64,000 nucleotides of DNA from Podarcis cretensis (GCA_951804945.1 OX638150.1:71982001-72046000), one strand, 5' to 3'. Numbered from the stretch's first letter, positions 39,095 through 53,507 are shown. A program made the numbers and translations. The notes: generated by a model from the letters alone, not told the origin.

Positions 39095-40102
39095 CTCTAA
39101 TGTGAAATGCATCATGCCCTGAAGGCACTGTCATACACCCACTCTCAAATCCAAACTTGATAGGGCTATGGTTCAGAGAGGTGCTGGCTTGGTCTCTTTA
39201 AAGTTCATGGGTTTATACTACTGGCCATGACACTGTGATTGATACATTACAGGCTAAAAAAAGTACGCAGACAGCACATAAGAGGTTTAAAGAGAGAGAG
39301 AAATTTTAGGTAATAATTGAAAGAAAGGTCGTTTATAACATAAATTAAGCGAATTATTAGATTTCATTCAGGGGTTTTTAAATGCTTATTTTCTTTGGGT
39401 GGTATCTGACAGGAGTTAATTAAATGCCATGCTTTTGCTGCAATACTGTTCCCAACTGGTTGCAACACTCATCCTAAGATGGATAAGACATATGGATAAA
39501 GCATATGCCTTTCACACTATTTTTATACACCAGGTGGTCCTGAGGTTTCCATGTAGTTGTTTTCATTTCCCATTTCTGACAGTACTGAGTTTGTTATGCT
39601 CACACTACTATAGACGGAAAATACATTTACACTAGCATCTTTCCTTTAACTTCATTACTTCAGTTTCTCCTCTTATGTGTTTATATGTTATGCTTCTTAT
39701 GTTTCCTCCCCATGCACACACTCTCCTCTTAGGACTGTGGGTTGGGGAATTATAAAATATTAATGTGGAGTATGCATACAACAAACAGTTGTAGATTCTT
39801 ACAACTTTGTAAGAATCTACAAGTATGGGACTTTCTCAGTAGTGGCCCCATCACTACAGAAGTCTTCCCCAAGGAGGTTCATCCAACCATTTCTGTTATG
39901 GAGAACTTTTGGAGTAGAAGCATAAGACCTGGGCCATACACTCTCACAGGAGCAAGCCACCATCATTTCATAGATCCTGTTTCAAGAGTATCCACAACGT
40001 TGATACTAGCATTTCAACAGCATGATGCATACCAGAAAAAGGAGGAAGAGCAAAGACCCAAGTGTTGCTAATTCCCCTCTGTGTGCTTCCCTTATATTGT
40101 AG

Positions 40103-40191
40103 ATCGTGGCACTGTCCAGAAAGTAATAGTCCTGCCCAAAGATGACATGGAAACAGAAGAACTGATGCTTGAAGAGGTGGAAGTGTTCAAG
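40103..40191 (+). CDS. SEMA3F: SEMA3F exon 14 (RGTVQKVIVLPKDDMETEELMLEEVEVFK)
   Basis: gtag/gtaatt; 89 nt. Confidence 0.96.
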
Positions 40192-40729
40192 GTAATTCAC
40201 TGCACAGTCTACGAAAGACATGATCACTTGCTGTTCATGAAGCACATGGCTTGGGAATGGGTGTGGTGTAGTAGTGAAGAGTGTGAGCAGAGAAGTTCCT
40301 TGTTCATATTTCACTCTCAGCTGCAGAACGTGTTTGTGGTCTTAGGCCGACCGTTATTCTCTGAGGCTCAGCCCTGTCAGATGCAGTACAGAGCTAATAA
40401 TTCTGGGCTCCTTTGAAAGGAAGGGTGGGCTAGAAGTTCAATAAGAGGAAATAAATAAATACCTTCCTGTAGTGTTGCAAGGATTGTTAGGATAAAATAC
40501 ATCTACCTAAATGCTAAGATTTAATTGAAGATGGTGATAGAATTGCTCTCACAGGATTGTCACACCACCCCAGCTCCTCAGATGAAAGTGTTTTGTCTTG
40601 TAAAATGGTGTTGTCCACTGCAATTCTTAAGTCTTTCCTTTGTGCTCTCTTTAAACTACTCCCAAAGACCTTGGGAGGGCAGCCACCCTCTTAGACCGGA
40701 TTAATTGCCATAATGTGGTTTCCTCATAG

Positions 40730-40771
40730 GTTCCAGCTCCCATCAGGACGATGACCATATCTTCCAAAAGG
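40730..40771 (+). CDS. SEMA3F: SEMA3F exon 15 (VPAPIRTMTISSKR)
   Basis: catag/gtgagt; 42 nt. Confidence 0.94.
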
Positions 40772-41132
40772 GTGAGTATATCTAAATGAAGGTTGAAGTA
40801 TGTCTGCTTATTGGGCTAGATACTAGGCCAGAAATAGCCATGGCTCAGGAAACAAAAGAGTATTCTCTGACTGCTTGTCACTGGTACCATCTTTGCAGAA
40901 CACGGAGCAATGTGGAGTTCCTTCCATTCTAGTCAATCTCCCATTTCCCTTGAGTATCTGCTGCTACAAGGAGCTCACTCTAGAGGCTGGGAGGTGGGTT
41001 GGAATGCAGAGCTGTTCTGAATGGTTGCACTTGGGAGGCTTTTCTGTCCACACTTCCTCAAGAAATCATATCCCTCACTCCATTCCCACCTCCAATACAC
41101 TGTGGGGGCAGAATTACCTATCCTCTCATTGA

Positions 41133-41381
<249 letters not shown>

Positions 41382-41803
41382 TAAAGGGACTTCAAAGAAT
41401 GACTGTGGGGTCATTGTTCAAAGCAGGTTATTTTCATGAGTTCTGGGAGTGCCTTACAGGGAATATTCTAGGAAACTAGTTCTATTGATATAAAGTGGAA
41501 TTCAGAAGTGGGCTAAGGAAGGTTTACATCATACAGTGTCCTAGGAGAAATGCAGAAAAAAGTTCTGTTGAATGAATTCTAGGCAGTGCATCTGGGTAAT
41601 GCTAAAGAGTATGATTGCTCCAAAACATGAAATGGATCTTGGTCAGGAATTTGAATCTTCCGTAGCTGGCTCAGAATTAATCTAGGATTCACTGGACAAG
41701 GGCTGGCCAGAAAGACAAAAGAATTATGAATGGCTCATCTTCTTGCTCCTTGGAAGGACCACAATTCCAACCACTCACCTGGTTGCTTCTTTCCTTATCA
41801 CAG

Positions 41804-41871
41804 GCGGAGCAGGCGTCAAGATGTCCGGCATGGCAACCCCATCCGTCAGTGTAGAGGCTACAATTCTAATG
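41804..41871 (+). CDS. SEMA3F: SEMA3F exon 17 (RSRRQDVRHGNPIRQCRGYNSN; furin-type RXXR site)
   Basis: cacag/gtgagt; 68 nt. Confidence 0.96.
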
Positions 41872-42236
41872 GTGAGTGTCATACTCACCCACTGCATGGG
41901 AGGATCAGAAGTAGCATTCTCCTTGGTCTCATGGTCCCTACTCACCTCTCTGCCCCCACAAAAAAGTGTAGTGAGGGTGTTGAGATGGAAGGTCTGCTTT
42001 AAAAAAAAAACCTGGCTGCCCTTCACACCATGATTTTTGATCAGCAGAGTAGGTGAACAAACTGGTACACAATGTGGTGCAGAATATGGACTTCCTTGGC
42101 ACATAAAGTAGAGTAGCCATGGATTGGGTGGAAGAGGAGGGGCCATTTTTTCACTGGGTAGGTGGGTGGGTGTCCCTGGGCACATGAAGGGGCATGATTG
42201 AAGAATTAGGATCAGTACTATTGTACCTCTTTGTTA

Positions 42237-42390
42237 TCATAGAATTGTAGAGCTGGAAGGGACCCCAATGGTCATCTGGTCCAACCCCTGCAATGCAGGA
42301 ATCTCAACTAAAGCATCCATGACAGATGGCCATCCAATCTCTGCTTATAAACCTCCAAGGAAGGAGAGTCCACAAGGGAGACTGTTCCAC
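42237..42390 (-). mobile_element. CR1 LINE 3' end fragment
   Basis: tcatagaattgtagagctggaagggacccc...gtccaacccc. Confidence 0.7.
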
Positions 42391-42659
42391 TTTAGTTCAT
42401 TTCTTACATAAGTCATCCAGCTCAGTCACATACTTCAATCACATGGTCAAGCTGCACCCAGAACTGGAACCTGAATGGTCCACATGCTGAATGATGGATG
42501 GCAGATTAGCCAAGTGTGGCTATATAAACTTGGCAGTAATGAGACTAGTCTCCTGGCAAAGGAGTAGGAGCTTCTTGGAATATATTTTGTCAGGGAATGC
42601 ATTAGTTGAAATGTGACCCTTGGCAAATCATAATCTTGTATCTATGTATCCACCTCCAG

Positions 42660-42793
42660 CCAGCAAGAACACTGTAGAGGCTGTCCAGTATGGAGTGGAG
42701 GGAAGCACAGCCTTTCTGGAGTGCCAGCCTCGCTCCCCTCAGGCCACCATCAAATGGCTGCTCCAGAAGGACAACAGTGACAGAAGGAAAGAG
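42660..42793 (+). CDS. SEMA3F: SEMA3F exon 18 (Ig domain: SKNTVEAVQYGVEGSTAFLECQPRSPQATIKWLLQK...RKE)
   Basis: ORF 42620..42853; ccag/gtacaa; 134 nt. Confidence 0.96.
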
Positions 42794-43871
42794 GTACAAA
42801 CAGGCAGACCTGAATTTCCAGAATGGAATTTGGAGGGAAAGGAGGGAATGTAGGCCAGAGGGAAGTTAGCATGAAAGTTAGTGGCTTAGCGAGGAGGAGT
42901 AACTTGCCTTTTGTTTCCACCGTAAGTTTTAATAAGTACTAAGACTATCTCTATTTTTCAAGTGGGATTCAGTCAAAAACTGACAGCTTCAGATAGCACA
43001 ATTAGAATCGATTTGGTACTTATGCACATCAAACCTGCTCGCAAAAAGCACATAGACCTTTTGCAGTAAGGAAAGCGACTTGAAAATAAACTGGAAAGTG
43101 TGGGATAACAATTGCTTGATGAAACTTATATAAGCTCCTTGCAAACAAATCAGAATGATTGTTCAAATAAGCTGCAGACAATGCACAAAGAAATCAGGAT
43201 GATTCCTCAATAAGCAGGTCATCTGGAAGTGACAGAGAGCTGAGTTGGCCAATCTTTTGTTCTATTTTCATCATGTTAAAAAACACTTGTTTCTCGGTCC
43301 GCTTTCAACCACCTTGCTGACATTTCATCTATTTTTCATCCGCATCCTGGATACTAGAAGGATCTCTGTGCAGAAGCTCACAAAATAGGTTTTTTAAAGC
43401 TCTGAGGAACTGTGGCGCCTGAACAAGGCCACTGGAAACAGCCCAGGGAAACACCCATGCCTGTGCTATCTCTGAGCTTATATGACCAAGCTCTTGAAAG
43501 CTCCCTGACCCATTTGAGCTAAAGCTAGAGTTTGTTGATTTACTTTCTGTAAGTCCTTCCTACTCAGCCCATCTGATTGGTAGCAGCCCCAAACCTGCTT
43601 CTATCCAGCCACTAGTTCCATCTGAGCTCCTGAGAAAAAGGATGGGAAGCTGGATCGTTCATCATGCTTTGCTGTTTGCCAGGACTCAGAAGTCTAGGAA
43701 TTGCAGAACAGGAAATAATGAGAACTAAGAAGCTAGGAGGATGAGGGCCAGAAAGCACTCAGGCAATGAATATGCGGCTTGTTTTCCACCCACAGTGTGA
43801 TCTAATGTATCTCTGCCCAGCAACTCCCAACTGTGCTAACAATGCCTCCTCGATGTGTTTCTTTCCATTAG

Positions 43872-44306
43872 CTGCGCACTGAAGGAAGGGTGCTGAGGAC
43901 AGAGCAGGGGCTGCTGTTGCGGTCCTTGCAGCTCTCGGATGGGGGCCTCTATTCCTGCACAGCCACAGAGAACAACTTCAAGCACACGGTGGCCAAAGTG
44001 CAGCTGCATGTACTGAGCAGTGAAACGGTCCATGCTGTGCTCTTCCAGTCAGAGGCCCCTGCCCCTTCTGCAGCAGCCATGCGAGCCGGCCTGCCAGGCA
44101 CTTTCAGCTCCCATTACCATGACCTGGTGCAGCTGCTCACCCAGCCTGAGATGGGACTCATCAACCAGTACTGCCAGGGCTATTGGCGGCACGTGGCCTC
44201 CAACCATAAGGAGACTCTGGCTGGTCTCAAAGCCAAGGAGCTGCATGATCAGAAAAAGCCTCGAAACCGCAGAAACCACCAGCCAGAGATGGATCAGCAC
44301 ACATGA
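43872..44306 (+). CDS. SEMA3F: SEMA3F last coding exon (Ig C-half and basic tail KKPRNRRNHQPEMDQHT*)
   Basis: ORF 43890..44306; attag acceptor; class-3 basic C-terminus; TGA at 44304-44306. Confidence 0.96.
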   Translation: MRTEGRVLRTEQGLLLRSLQLSDGGLYSCTATENNFKHTVAKVQLHVLSSETVHAVLFQSEAPAPSAAAMRAGLPGTFSSHYHDLVQLLTQPEMGLINQYCQGYWRHVASNHKETLAGLKAKELHDQKKPRNRRNHQPEMDQHT

Positions 44307-47283
44307 AACTTGACAAGGGACTATGAAATGACAGTGCTATATTTCCCCCCTCCATTTTAATATTAAAATATCTATAAATATATATATAAATATATATATA
44401 TATACACACACACACAAAAACACGCCCTGCTCCCCCTCAAGACAATATTTATTTGTAGGTTGTACATAATATGTGGGTGATGCAGTCTCACCTCAGTGTG
44501 TGACAGCAAGGAGTTTGGAGGCGTCCCGCTGGCAGCTTGCTCTTCCTTTCCCCTTTTATCTGCGGTACTGTAAAATAGCTGACACTCTGGAGGATCTCAG
44601 TGGGACACGGCATCTTGTGTGGAATCTGTGGGTCCAGAATGTTGGAGCAGAAGCCTTCAAGACTGGATCATCATGGGCAAGTCTGGGAATGTTGTGCTAC
44701 TGTCACTGAAAACATTTCTACCTGGTTAAAAAGGAGAGGAAAATGTCTGTTGTCAGACACTAAGCATACCTACCCTGAAGTGTATAAAAGCCTCTGCTAC
44801 ACCTACAAAGACTTGAGCACTTTCTTCTCCTCTGTACATTTCTCTGCCTCAAAGCATATTGTGGCAGGACACTCTTGCGTGTAAAGTACAATGGAGGCTT
44901 CATGTCTTGAGGAGCCTGAATCATTTAAGGCAGGAGGAAGTGCTTCACCGAGGGATGTCCATGCGGTGCTCCTACTGCTTTCAGAAGAAAGTTAATGCCA
45001 CCAATAGGAACAATGTTATGATTTGATAATGATTCAGCTTGTGCTGTTTGGCTGATGATCTGCAAGAGATATTGTCTGTGAAAGTTGTGGTACAACCAAA
45101 AGAGCTGTTGGGAAGGTGGATATGGCTATTCTCATAGGCACCTGGCTTTTCTGAGCTAGTTTACTTGATGGATGTGAAGGCCTCATCCAAGTGGGCTATG
45201 CCAGGGAGACGTAATGTATATATGAACCAAAGCTACTCTCCCATAGTGCATGTGTCAGAGACTTCCAAGGCCAAAGACAGCATGGGATTGGAGGTGGCAG
45301 AGAGGGTTAGGCATCAGCTGGATAGCCATCAGGACACCGGGCTTCTGCTCAGCTGGCCAGTGCAAGCATCCAACCTGGTTATTTATTATTATTTAAATAA
45401 TATTAATTTGCCCGCTAGGAATTCAGTTCCTCAGTTTAATAATACCAGTCTACCCAGCCACACAATGTGGAAGTTGGAAAGTCTGGTCCTGAGTATTCCC
45501 ATCAGGATTCCTGTGGAATTGCCATCAGTCCACATGAGCAACTTCAATTTGCTGCAGGTTGGGTGGAGCATCCTTTGCAAAAAGAGAGAAACGTCGAACT
45601 AAGAGTGATCTTTCTGCTTAATTTCAAGATGGATTCCACATATCATGGCTAAGTAAGGACTAGTAAACATTCAGTGCATGCAGTATCCCCCATGACAGAG
45701 ATCATTACCTACCTACCTCCCACCATTTTGTTCTGAGATAAGCAGTAGTAATAACACTGCTCAAAAATGAAGAAGGCAATTGTATTACTAAGATGGGCTT
45801 CAGGATTTATGGATGTAATTGGGAATGTGACCAATAATTGTTCTAGGAATTAATCCCATGTAAAAAACAAACAAAACAAAACAAAAAACAGAGGGAGAGG
45901 TTGAGTCTTCCATCAGGGCAAGGATTTCTGCGTGTGCAATGAAGCATTCTCTCCCTCTCGCTCCCCCTCCCCTAAATCTGTTCTAGGAACTCCCCCAGCC
46001 CTCTGGAACAGATTTGAGGAAGGCATGGGGCAGACACAGGGGAACGAGAAGAGGGAAAGTCCTGTTGCATACACAGAAATCCTTGTGGGGATAGGATACG
46101 GTAGTTGACTACCAACCAGAGCCAGGGGACAATGAGAGAACTGAGAACCACAGGAGAAAAAATTGAATCCACAGGAGGGGTGCGGGCAGGGCAGAGTTTT
46201 GTGCATAGATAATATAACTTGGGCACCTTGGGAATTCATTAATATGATCTGGCATGCAAAGAAGATGAATATGATAAAACATATAATCAGGTCTTAACCT
46301 GAACCAGACTTGGTCAACCCATGAACCTATTTTGAAAGCCAGAAATATGAAAGGGAAGAACAGAGTATCTCTGAGCACGGGCAGAATGCAGGTTCCTCAC
46401 CACTGAGTATCTATGCCCAGAATTGGAGAGGGCTCCTGGGTCAAAGGGTGACTGAGAAAGGCTTGAGCCCACCTCAGCTTGTCTGGTTATAACAAAATCT
46501 ATTGAATGACCTTTTTTCTGCCTCCCCCTTCATTTTTTTAAAGGGATTGGCATTTCCTAAATGTGTGACTGTGCCTTCCACCTTAAGTTTTACTGTTGCA
46601 GAGGGTTTAATTCTCTTGTTTCTTGGGTGCCTCTTTCAGACTGGTGTGGTTATGGCTTTTAGGTTCAATGCCTCCAAAGAATTAGAATCAAATTCTGAGT
46701 TTGGCTTAATCCACATCACTAAATGCCTGTGGAATTACCCCGATTTACATCTGCTAGATATCAGCACTTGGATCTCTCATTGTAGTGACCTGTTCGCTGA
46801 CGCAAGGAACAGGTCTGCTCTGCCACAGGGATTGCAGTCATGGAGGGTAGCAAATAACATGCCCAAGACTGTTGTGTCACTCTACATGTGTAGCCTAGGT
46901 GTGCTAGGATGGAAGGTAGGTTATTTCTTGGACTTCTCACTTCTGTCTGCAGAGTAGAGGACAGTCTCGATGGAGTAGACCAGAAGCCTGCACTGTGTTT
47001 CCTCTGGTCTCTGGTGCTGTACCTCCTGCTGTTAACAAAGAGAGCTCACCATTCACCTGAGCCTAAGCCCACTTCATTTGTACACACAAAATCCTTGCAG
47101 GCACACCCCCTTTCCCTTGCAATCTGAGTGATGCGCGTGTACTTTCTCTTGTAAATAGTTGTAAATCAAAAATGTAACAAAAACCGGGGATCTGGAGATT
47201 TTGATTAGTAGCTCCTTGTGATGAATTCAAGCACAGAGCCATTTCGCACCTGTAATGTGAAATTCCTGTGGATAGAACAAGCT

Positions 47284-47289
47284 AATAAA
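47284..47289 (+). terminator. SEMA3F: Probable SEMA3F polyadenylation signal AATAAA
   Basis: AATAAA followed by a U/GU-rich tract (ctttgtttttg) and preceded by TGTA motifs, about 3 kb after the stop. Confidence 0.6.
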
Positions 47290-50200
47290 CACTGGCTTTG
47301 TTTTTGAAAACTCAAAGACTCCTTCACCTTGACTCACACTCTTCAGGATGCCCTCATTTCCCTCCTGAAGTGATGGACTCTTTTATACATTCCACTGGTT
47401 CAGCTTCAGATTGCAACCGCTTCTATGGATTGCTCAATGTATTTATTCCAATACAGAAGTGGCATAAAAATAACACATACTTTCCCCATCTCCATATCCC
47501 AGTGCCCACCAATCTGGAATTGTGCTGGAAGCAATACCCATATGCCACTCACAGTTGGAGGCAGCCAGTTTGCACAGATCAAGCTGGGATATCTCCACCT
47601 CATCATGACCCCAACATGCCAGAAATGGAAAGAACTAGGCAGCACCCAAGTCCTGAGCAAGAGTGTGTGTCAAGTCCTGAGGCAGAGAAGAGTTAGCAAT
47701 ATACAGTACTCAAGGTCCTCTTTGTGTTCTGAAGTCAGGTTGCTTTGAACACGGCACCCTCTTTGTGTGTCTATTTCCCATCACCACAGTTCTTCATTGG
47801 GAACTTGATAAGTGTGCATGACCTACTCAAAATATTACTAAAATTGGCAGTAGCAAAAAGAAAACATTTAACTTTTACATATCTGGATTGGCCTGCACAA
47901 ACAAAAATATTTAAAGCAGGTGCAGAAAAGGATATTGCAAAGGCGCTTGATTGATGTCAGTAGACAGGGAGCTCCAAAGTGTAGTGACTCACTAAAAGAT
48001 TGATTCTGCTATTACAGGTGCCCTACCAGTAGATCTTTCTCTGTGGGCTTCTATAAAGGTGGTGGTGTGCTGTGACTAGAGCGCTAGGTTAACACCATAT
48101 CCTCGGCTCTTTTGCAGGATTTTCCCATTGTCATGGCGATAATAGTGCACAGTTGGGCCATCCCTATGTGCCATGGTTTCCACCACTATTGCACTTCCCC
48201 CAGCCTGACAAGCATCTTGGTGGAGCCTGGTTGTGATTTGTAGGCCAGCATGCAGAGGCCACCCTCTGTGCATGTCATTGTTCCTGTGTAAATCAATGTC
48301 TGACCATAAACAGCTGGAAGCTGCCCAGATAAGTGCTAAAATTCAGCATGCAGGGGTGGCAGGAAGGGCAGGCTTTGGGAAAATCTAGCAGGGGACATTG
48401 CTTTTTTTAAAAAAAAACCAGTGTTATCTGGTATGGCGTACCATGACTTATTTATGTGTCTTGGCATGGTAGCCATTTAGTGTTGGCACCCAAGACACTT
48501 TTATCAAGATAGGAATAATGGGACCTTTTAGCCAAAAAAAGGGTGGGAACACATGGGGGATATGGAACATGGTGGCAGGAGAAATATGGGAGACACACAG
48601 TGGCCACATGCATCCCACATATGCCTTAGGGGAAGCTATAATGACGGGGGTATAGACACTGCATGTAAAGTTATCCACAGCTTGTTCCCTGTTAATTTAC
48701 AGAGCCATAGATCCCCCTGCTTATGAAGCAACCAGGTAAATTATTTTCTGCTGCTCCTGTTTTATGAGCAGTCGGGTCAGGAGGGGAGAAAGGGGGCAGG
48801 TGTTGGATTCCTTAGACCTGGCAGTGACCCTCCTTGTCCTGCAGCCCACAAACAAAGGCCCCTTGTTCTGCTGCCTTCATAAAAGAGAGAGAAATCTACC
48901 TCTCCAAGGGCGTGCTAAGGCAGCCGGTTAAGCAAACACACAGGGAAATGGGGATCAGGGTCATGGTCTCATTTCCTGTCCCCCTAGGCTGAGGAAGTTG
49001 CTAAGGGGTGGGTGGGTGGAGTGGTGTGTCCACTAAAACAAGGATGACACAGGTCCTGAACTGCTGGCCCAGGGCTTGTTCTTCCTCAAGCCTGAAGAGG
49101 GTCTCGGGGCCTTAGCAGTCTTTTATCACCTGAAGTTTTTTTCTTGGATACTGATACCTCAGAACTGAACCCTAAAAAGGGTAACTGAGGGGGACATGTT
49201 TGAGAGAAAGAGTTATAATGCTCAAGGATAAGTGAATGGTTTCTTGGGGCTGCTTAGGGATAATCAGCTTCACACTCAAATTCTGTCAGCTGGCTAAACT
49301 TCACAACAGATATTGAACTGGTAGTAGTAGGTAGGCCAGGCTGAAAAGGATGAGTTGTTTTCTCGGTGCTTTTAGGTTGACTGCTTTTGGTATATCTCTT
49401 GTGTGCTTTTGTTATATGAAGGACTTGTCTCAGATATGAACTTTACCTCAGAATCCCCCCTTGAGTTCCAGGTTGTTCCTTTTTTAAAGAGGGAAGAATT
49501 TTTGCACTCACTGAACAGGCCAAAGGTTTTCTGTGGAAACCACCTTGAATGGGTGTCTTCTCTCATGGCTAAGAGTTGAAACCTTTAAAACACACAGAGA
49601 GAAAACCTACATAGGCTGAAAACAGCAGCTTCTTATGGAGTTGTTGCTATCTGGCATCAGAAAGTTAAGTCCTACAGAAAGAAAGCTAGGAAAGAAACCC
49701 TATTTGGGTATTCTTCTAACATGGATTTTCATGCAGATTCTCATATATTTCTGTATTTTCTCCATTTTTCTGTATTATGGTGTTTCTAGCAATTTTATGC
49801 TTGCACGTACACACACGCACTCCAACTCTAACTCATGTAGGCCAAAGGTCTGAAGTGGAGACCCTTTTGTTGTGGAGGCTCCCCACATGATTTAGCACCC
49901 TGTGTTATTGGGGCTCTATGTAGTGTTGCTATCCATCCCTAGAAAAGTATCCACTGTCCCATTTGGACTTCAAACATATTCGAACTCCTCCTCCTCTAAA
50001 CACTATGGGCAGAGTGTGGGGATGAGAGGGGGAGTTTCAGATAGAGCGTTTTTTTCATGGGCAGGGGGTGATGAGCAAGAGAAGAGATTTGCAGAGACCT
50101 CATCCATCCATCTGGTGGAGAGCAGGGGAGATTGGGAAACAGAGTTTTTCGTGGACAGAGACTGGTGGGTGGGAGAGCGTGAACGGGCTTTTGTAAACCA

Positions 50201-51313
50201 TGTACCTTTGTACAGTAATGGATTGCTTTGAAGTCATTTATGCATCAGGTAAAGTAATTTTTAGCCCCCCCCCCCATTCTACCTGTATTTTGTCTGACCT
50301 GTCCTTTATATTGCCTGACCAAAGGCGGGATCCCTAGCTCTAAGTCACTTGGGGACCCTCCACACACAAAGGAGGTTCCTGTCTTCAGATCTCTGCCTTG
50401 CTATGAGTTGGAGGGTGATGAGGGGTGGAGTTCGAGGTAGAGGGTCCAAATAGAGTCCCACAGCAAGAGGGGCTAAGGGGGCATTGTCTGACCAAATGTT
50501 GTGTGAGAGAGAGTGGGATGGGGGGAGCACTGCTGCACTAAAAACTAATGACAAGAGCAGAACTGCCTTGAATTTTATCCTCTTCAATGTTACTCTGGAA
50601 GGTAATCTCAAAGCAGATCCTTCCTATCTAAGTTGGCAGCATTTGACAGATCAACACTCTGACATAAGGCTCACTTTGGGAGCTGTGATGGCTGAAATAA
50701 TAGTAAGCTAGCAAGTCATTTTGCAAAGTCTCGAAGCACATTTGTAGTGATGGTTCCCCCTCTAGTGGCAGAAAGTCACATTGTTACTTGAGGTTAAGGA
50801 AGAGAACATAACTGTACGTTTGTCATGCCATCAATACAGGACTCTTGTCTCTGCCTCAACTGTGGGGACATGATGCAGACCACTTTTGTGGTTTCTAGAA
50901 GACATTTTATTATGATTGGAAAGGCAAATGAATTCAAAGCTCTCTGCACTGGTCATTTGCTAAATCTCTTCTGGAGAAGTCAACGTATGAGATACTGAAA
51001 CTCTGTCTTTATGCTGGGGTTTCCTAAGCAGCAATATCTTGTGGGGATCCCAGTCAGCTGTTACATCTCATTCAGTGTGTTCTAAAATCCATTTTCCAGC
51101 AGCTCCTCTCAGTCAGACTGAAGCCAAATCCTGCTGGAACTGGCAAGATGATAGTGTTTGATCAGTTTCAGTGTTCATCTCCCCCAGCATCCCGTTTCCA
51201 ACATGGGACAACCAGATGCTCTAGAAAGTCCACATGCAAGGCACAATGGCATCAGCCCCATCCCCTTGTTTGTCCCCAGAATCTGGCATTTAGAGATAAG
51301 TTTCACCTGTTAT

Positions 51314-51649
51314 AGGATTAAACTACAGAGCCTAGGACTTGCCGATCAGAAGGTCGGGGGTTCGAATCCCCGCGACGGGGTGAGCTCCCATTGCTCGGTC
51401 CCTGCTCCTGCCAACCTAGCAGTTCGAAAGCACGTCAAAGTGCAAGTAGATAAATAGGTACCGCCCTAGCGGGAAGGTAAGCGGCGTTTCCATGCACTGC
51501 TCTGGTTTTCCAGAAGCGGCTTAGTCATGCTGGCCACATGACCTGGAAGCTGTACGCCGGCTCCTTCGGCCAGTAAAGCGAGATGAGCGCGGCAACCCCA
51601 GAGTCGGCCACGACTGGACCTAATGGTCAGGGGTCCATTTACCTTTACC
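51314..51649 (+). mobile_element. Sauria SINE, slightly 5'-truncated
   Basis: ggttcgaatccc B box, (ACCTTT)n tail, 13-bp TSD tttcacctgttat (51301-51313 / 51650-51662). Confidence 0.92.
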
Positions 51650-53224
51650 TTTCACCTGTTATCCTCACCCCCAAACAGGAGTGTTTTTGTTCAGGTTTCC
51701 TCCCTAATGGCCTCCTTAAGGATATTATTATCTGCTGCAACAAACTCAAGCAGGGTATTCTGTCCACTCCACCTACCGTGGTTTTCTGTATTTCTTTTCC
51801 AATTGACACTCAACATTCTGTACGTACTGAGCATTCTGAAAATTCATTGGGCATATACTACTAATACCCACCTAGGAGGAATCTGGTTTGTTGTTTTTTT
51901 GCATTTAAAAGCAGCATTATAGGCAAAAGCCCCTCCAACTTAGCATGAAATGAAGAAAAATAACTGTATGGAACTATTCAGGAGTCAGAAGGTGTCAAGG
52001 GTGCTCCTTAGCCAAAGGAATGCACACAGCAGATAGTGCTTTATTGTCTCAGCTGACACTTACAGTAGCTTCTTGGCTCTGAATACCACACAAACATGTT
52101 TAGTATCTAGGCAGCTTTTCCCAGGTCTGTGCTCTATGGAGCAGTAGCAGCAACAGAGGGCCACTCACACTCCACTAGCTTTTCCCCCAGTGGGCTACGC
52201 ACACACAGGCAGAGGCTGCCTCTGCACTCCCCACGTCAATTCTCTCCTGGATCTAGGAGACAGTGGTGCGGGGGGGGGCACCCGGAAGCACCCAGCCCTT
52301 CCCTTGCTTAGCCTGTCTATTTCTCCTCTACCCTCCAGCTCTGAAGTTTCCCCTGCCTCCAACTCTTGCCTCCTGGCTGGAACAGTACCTCACAATTCAC
52401 TGCCCATTCTCCAGAGTCAACTTGTCCCACTTCCCTCAGTGCACACTAGTCAGCATCCTGCCAGTCCCTGATATTGGGTGCTGTTTCTTCTGCAGATGTC
52501 TGTACTTGTTTGGAAGATGGATCCCAAGCTCTGCTTTTTGGCAAAGGCATTCATCCTTTTTCACAAGAGTATTAGTACCTTATCTCAGGAACAAGGCAAG
52601 TCAGTATGTTTAAGTTTTCTTCCCGTATAACCAGTTTGTTTACTTAAATTCATATTATTTAAAGTTTTACATGTGCATTTTTAAAACATGGAAATAGCAG
52701 GTAAATAATACTAATAAAGATTCCTCAGCCTCAACAATGACATTTTGTTTTATCCTTTAAACACCTACTGATTTTTTTTTCCTTTGCTGCCAAGCTTCTG
52801 TAGGCGATAAAGAAGACATTGTTCTGTAGCAGTTAGTTGATGGTCTCTTATTTTTAATGTGTTTTTATTGTATATAGACAGTCTAGTTGTAAACCACTTA
52901 AAATATTTTTATGATCTAAATATTTTTTATAAATAAATAACCGTACCCTACCCAACATCTGTAACATATAGTTCAACCACATATAGAGACTTCCAAGAGG
53001 GAATAAGCAAGTTCACAAGAGACAAAAAAACAGGGGGAATGGAAAGAGGAAGAACAGAAGGAAAGGGAGCAGGGAAGGTGAGTTTTAATATTCCCTTGCA
53101 AATCTAGATCAAACAGTTCCAAGAACAATGGAATAGATAGATCTCACTCACCTCTCACCAGTTAATCCTATTGCAAACCCGATTAACCATTACTGTCCAT
53201 TATAAACACATTCCATTATTATTT

Positions 53225-53345
53225 CCAGAGAGGTGGCCACATCGGTTTCTTGCAGCAGAAACAAGAAGAGTCTTTTGGCACCTTAAAGACTAATGAAAGT
53301 ATTATGCCATAAGCTTTGGTGGACTTCATCAGATACATGAAGTGC
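53225..53345 (+). mobile_element. Penelope-like terminal fragment
   Basis: tggcaccttaaagactaa..attatgccataagcttt motif; a degenerate copy lies at ~365-475. Confidence 0.45.
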
Positions 53346-53507
53346 TTTCCTGAATTGCAGGTACATCAGTATATATCTCCATGTGCATATGTACCTGCAT
53401 AAACTCACAAATTAAACAGTGCATTTAAAAACCATGTTGGGGGGAATGGTTCTTTGAATTAGGCAGCACCGGGCACTCCCTGCAAGTATTCCACAAATAA
53501 CTGGGTC

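Noticed and set aside
45165-47748. 130-150 aa ORFs downstream of SEMA3F
   Set aside because: They lie in or near the 3' UTR with no domain similarity or exon structure; consistent with chance ORFs.
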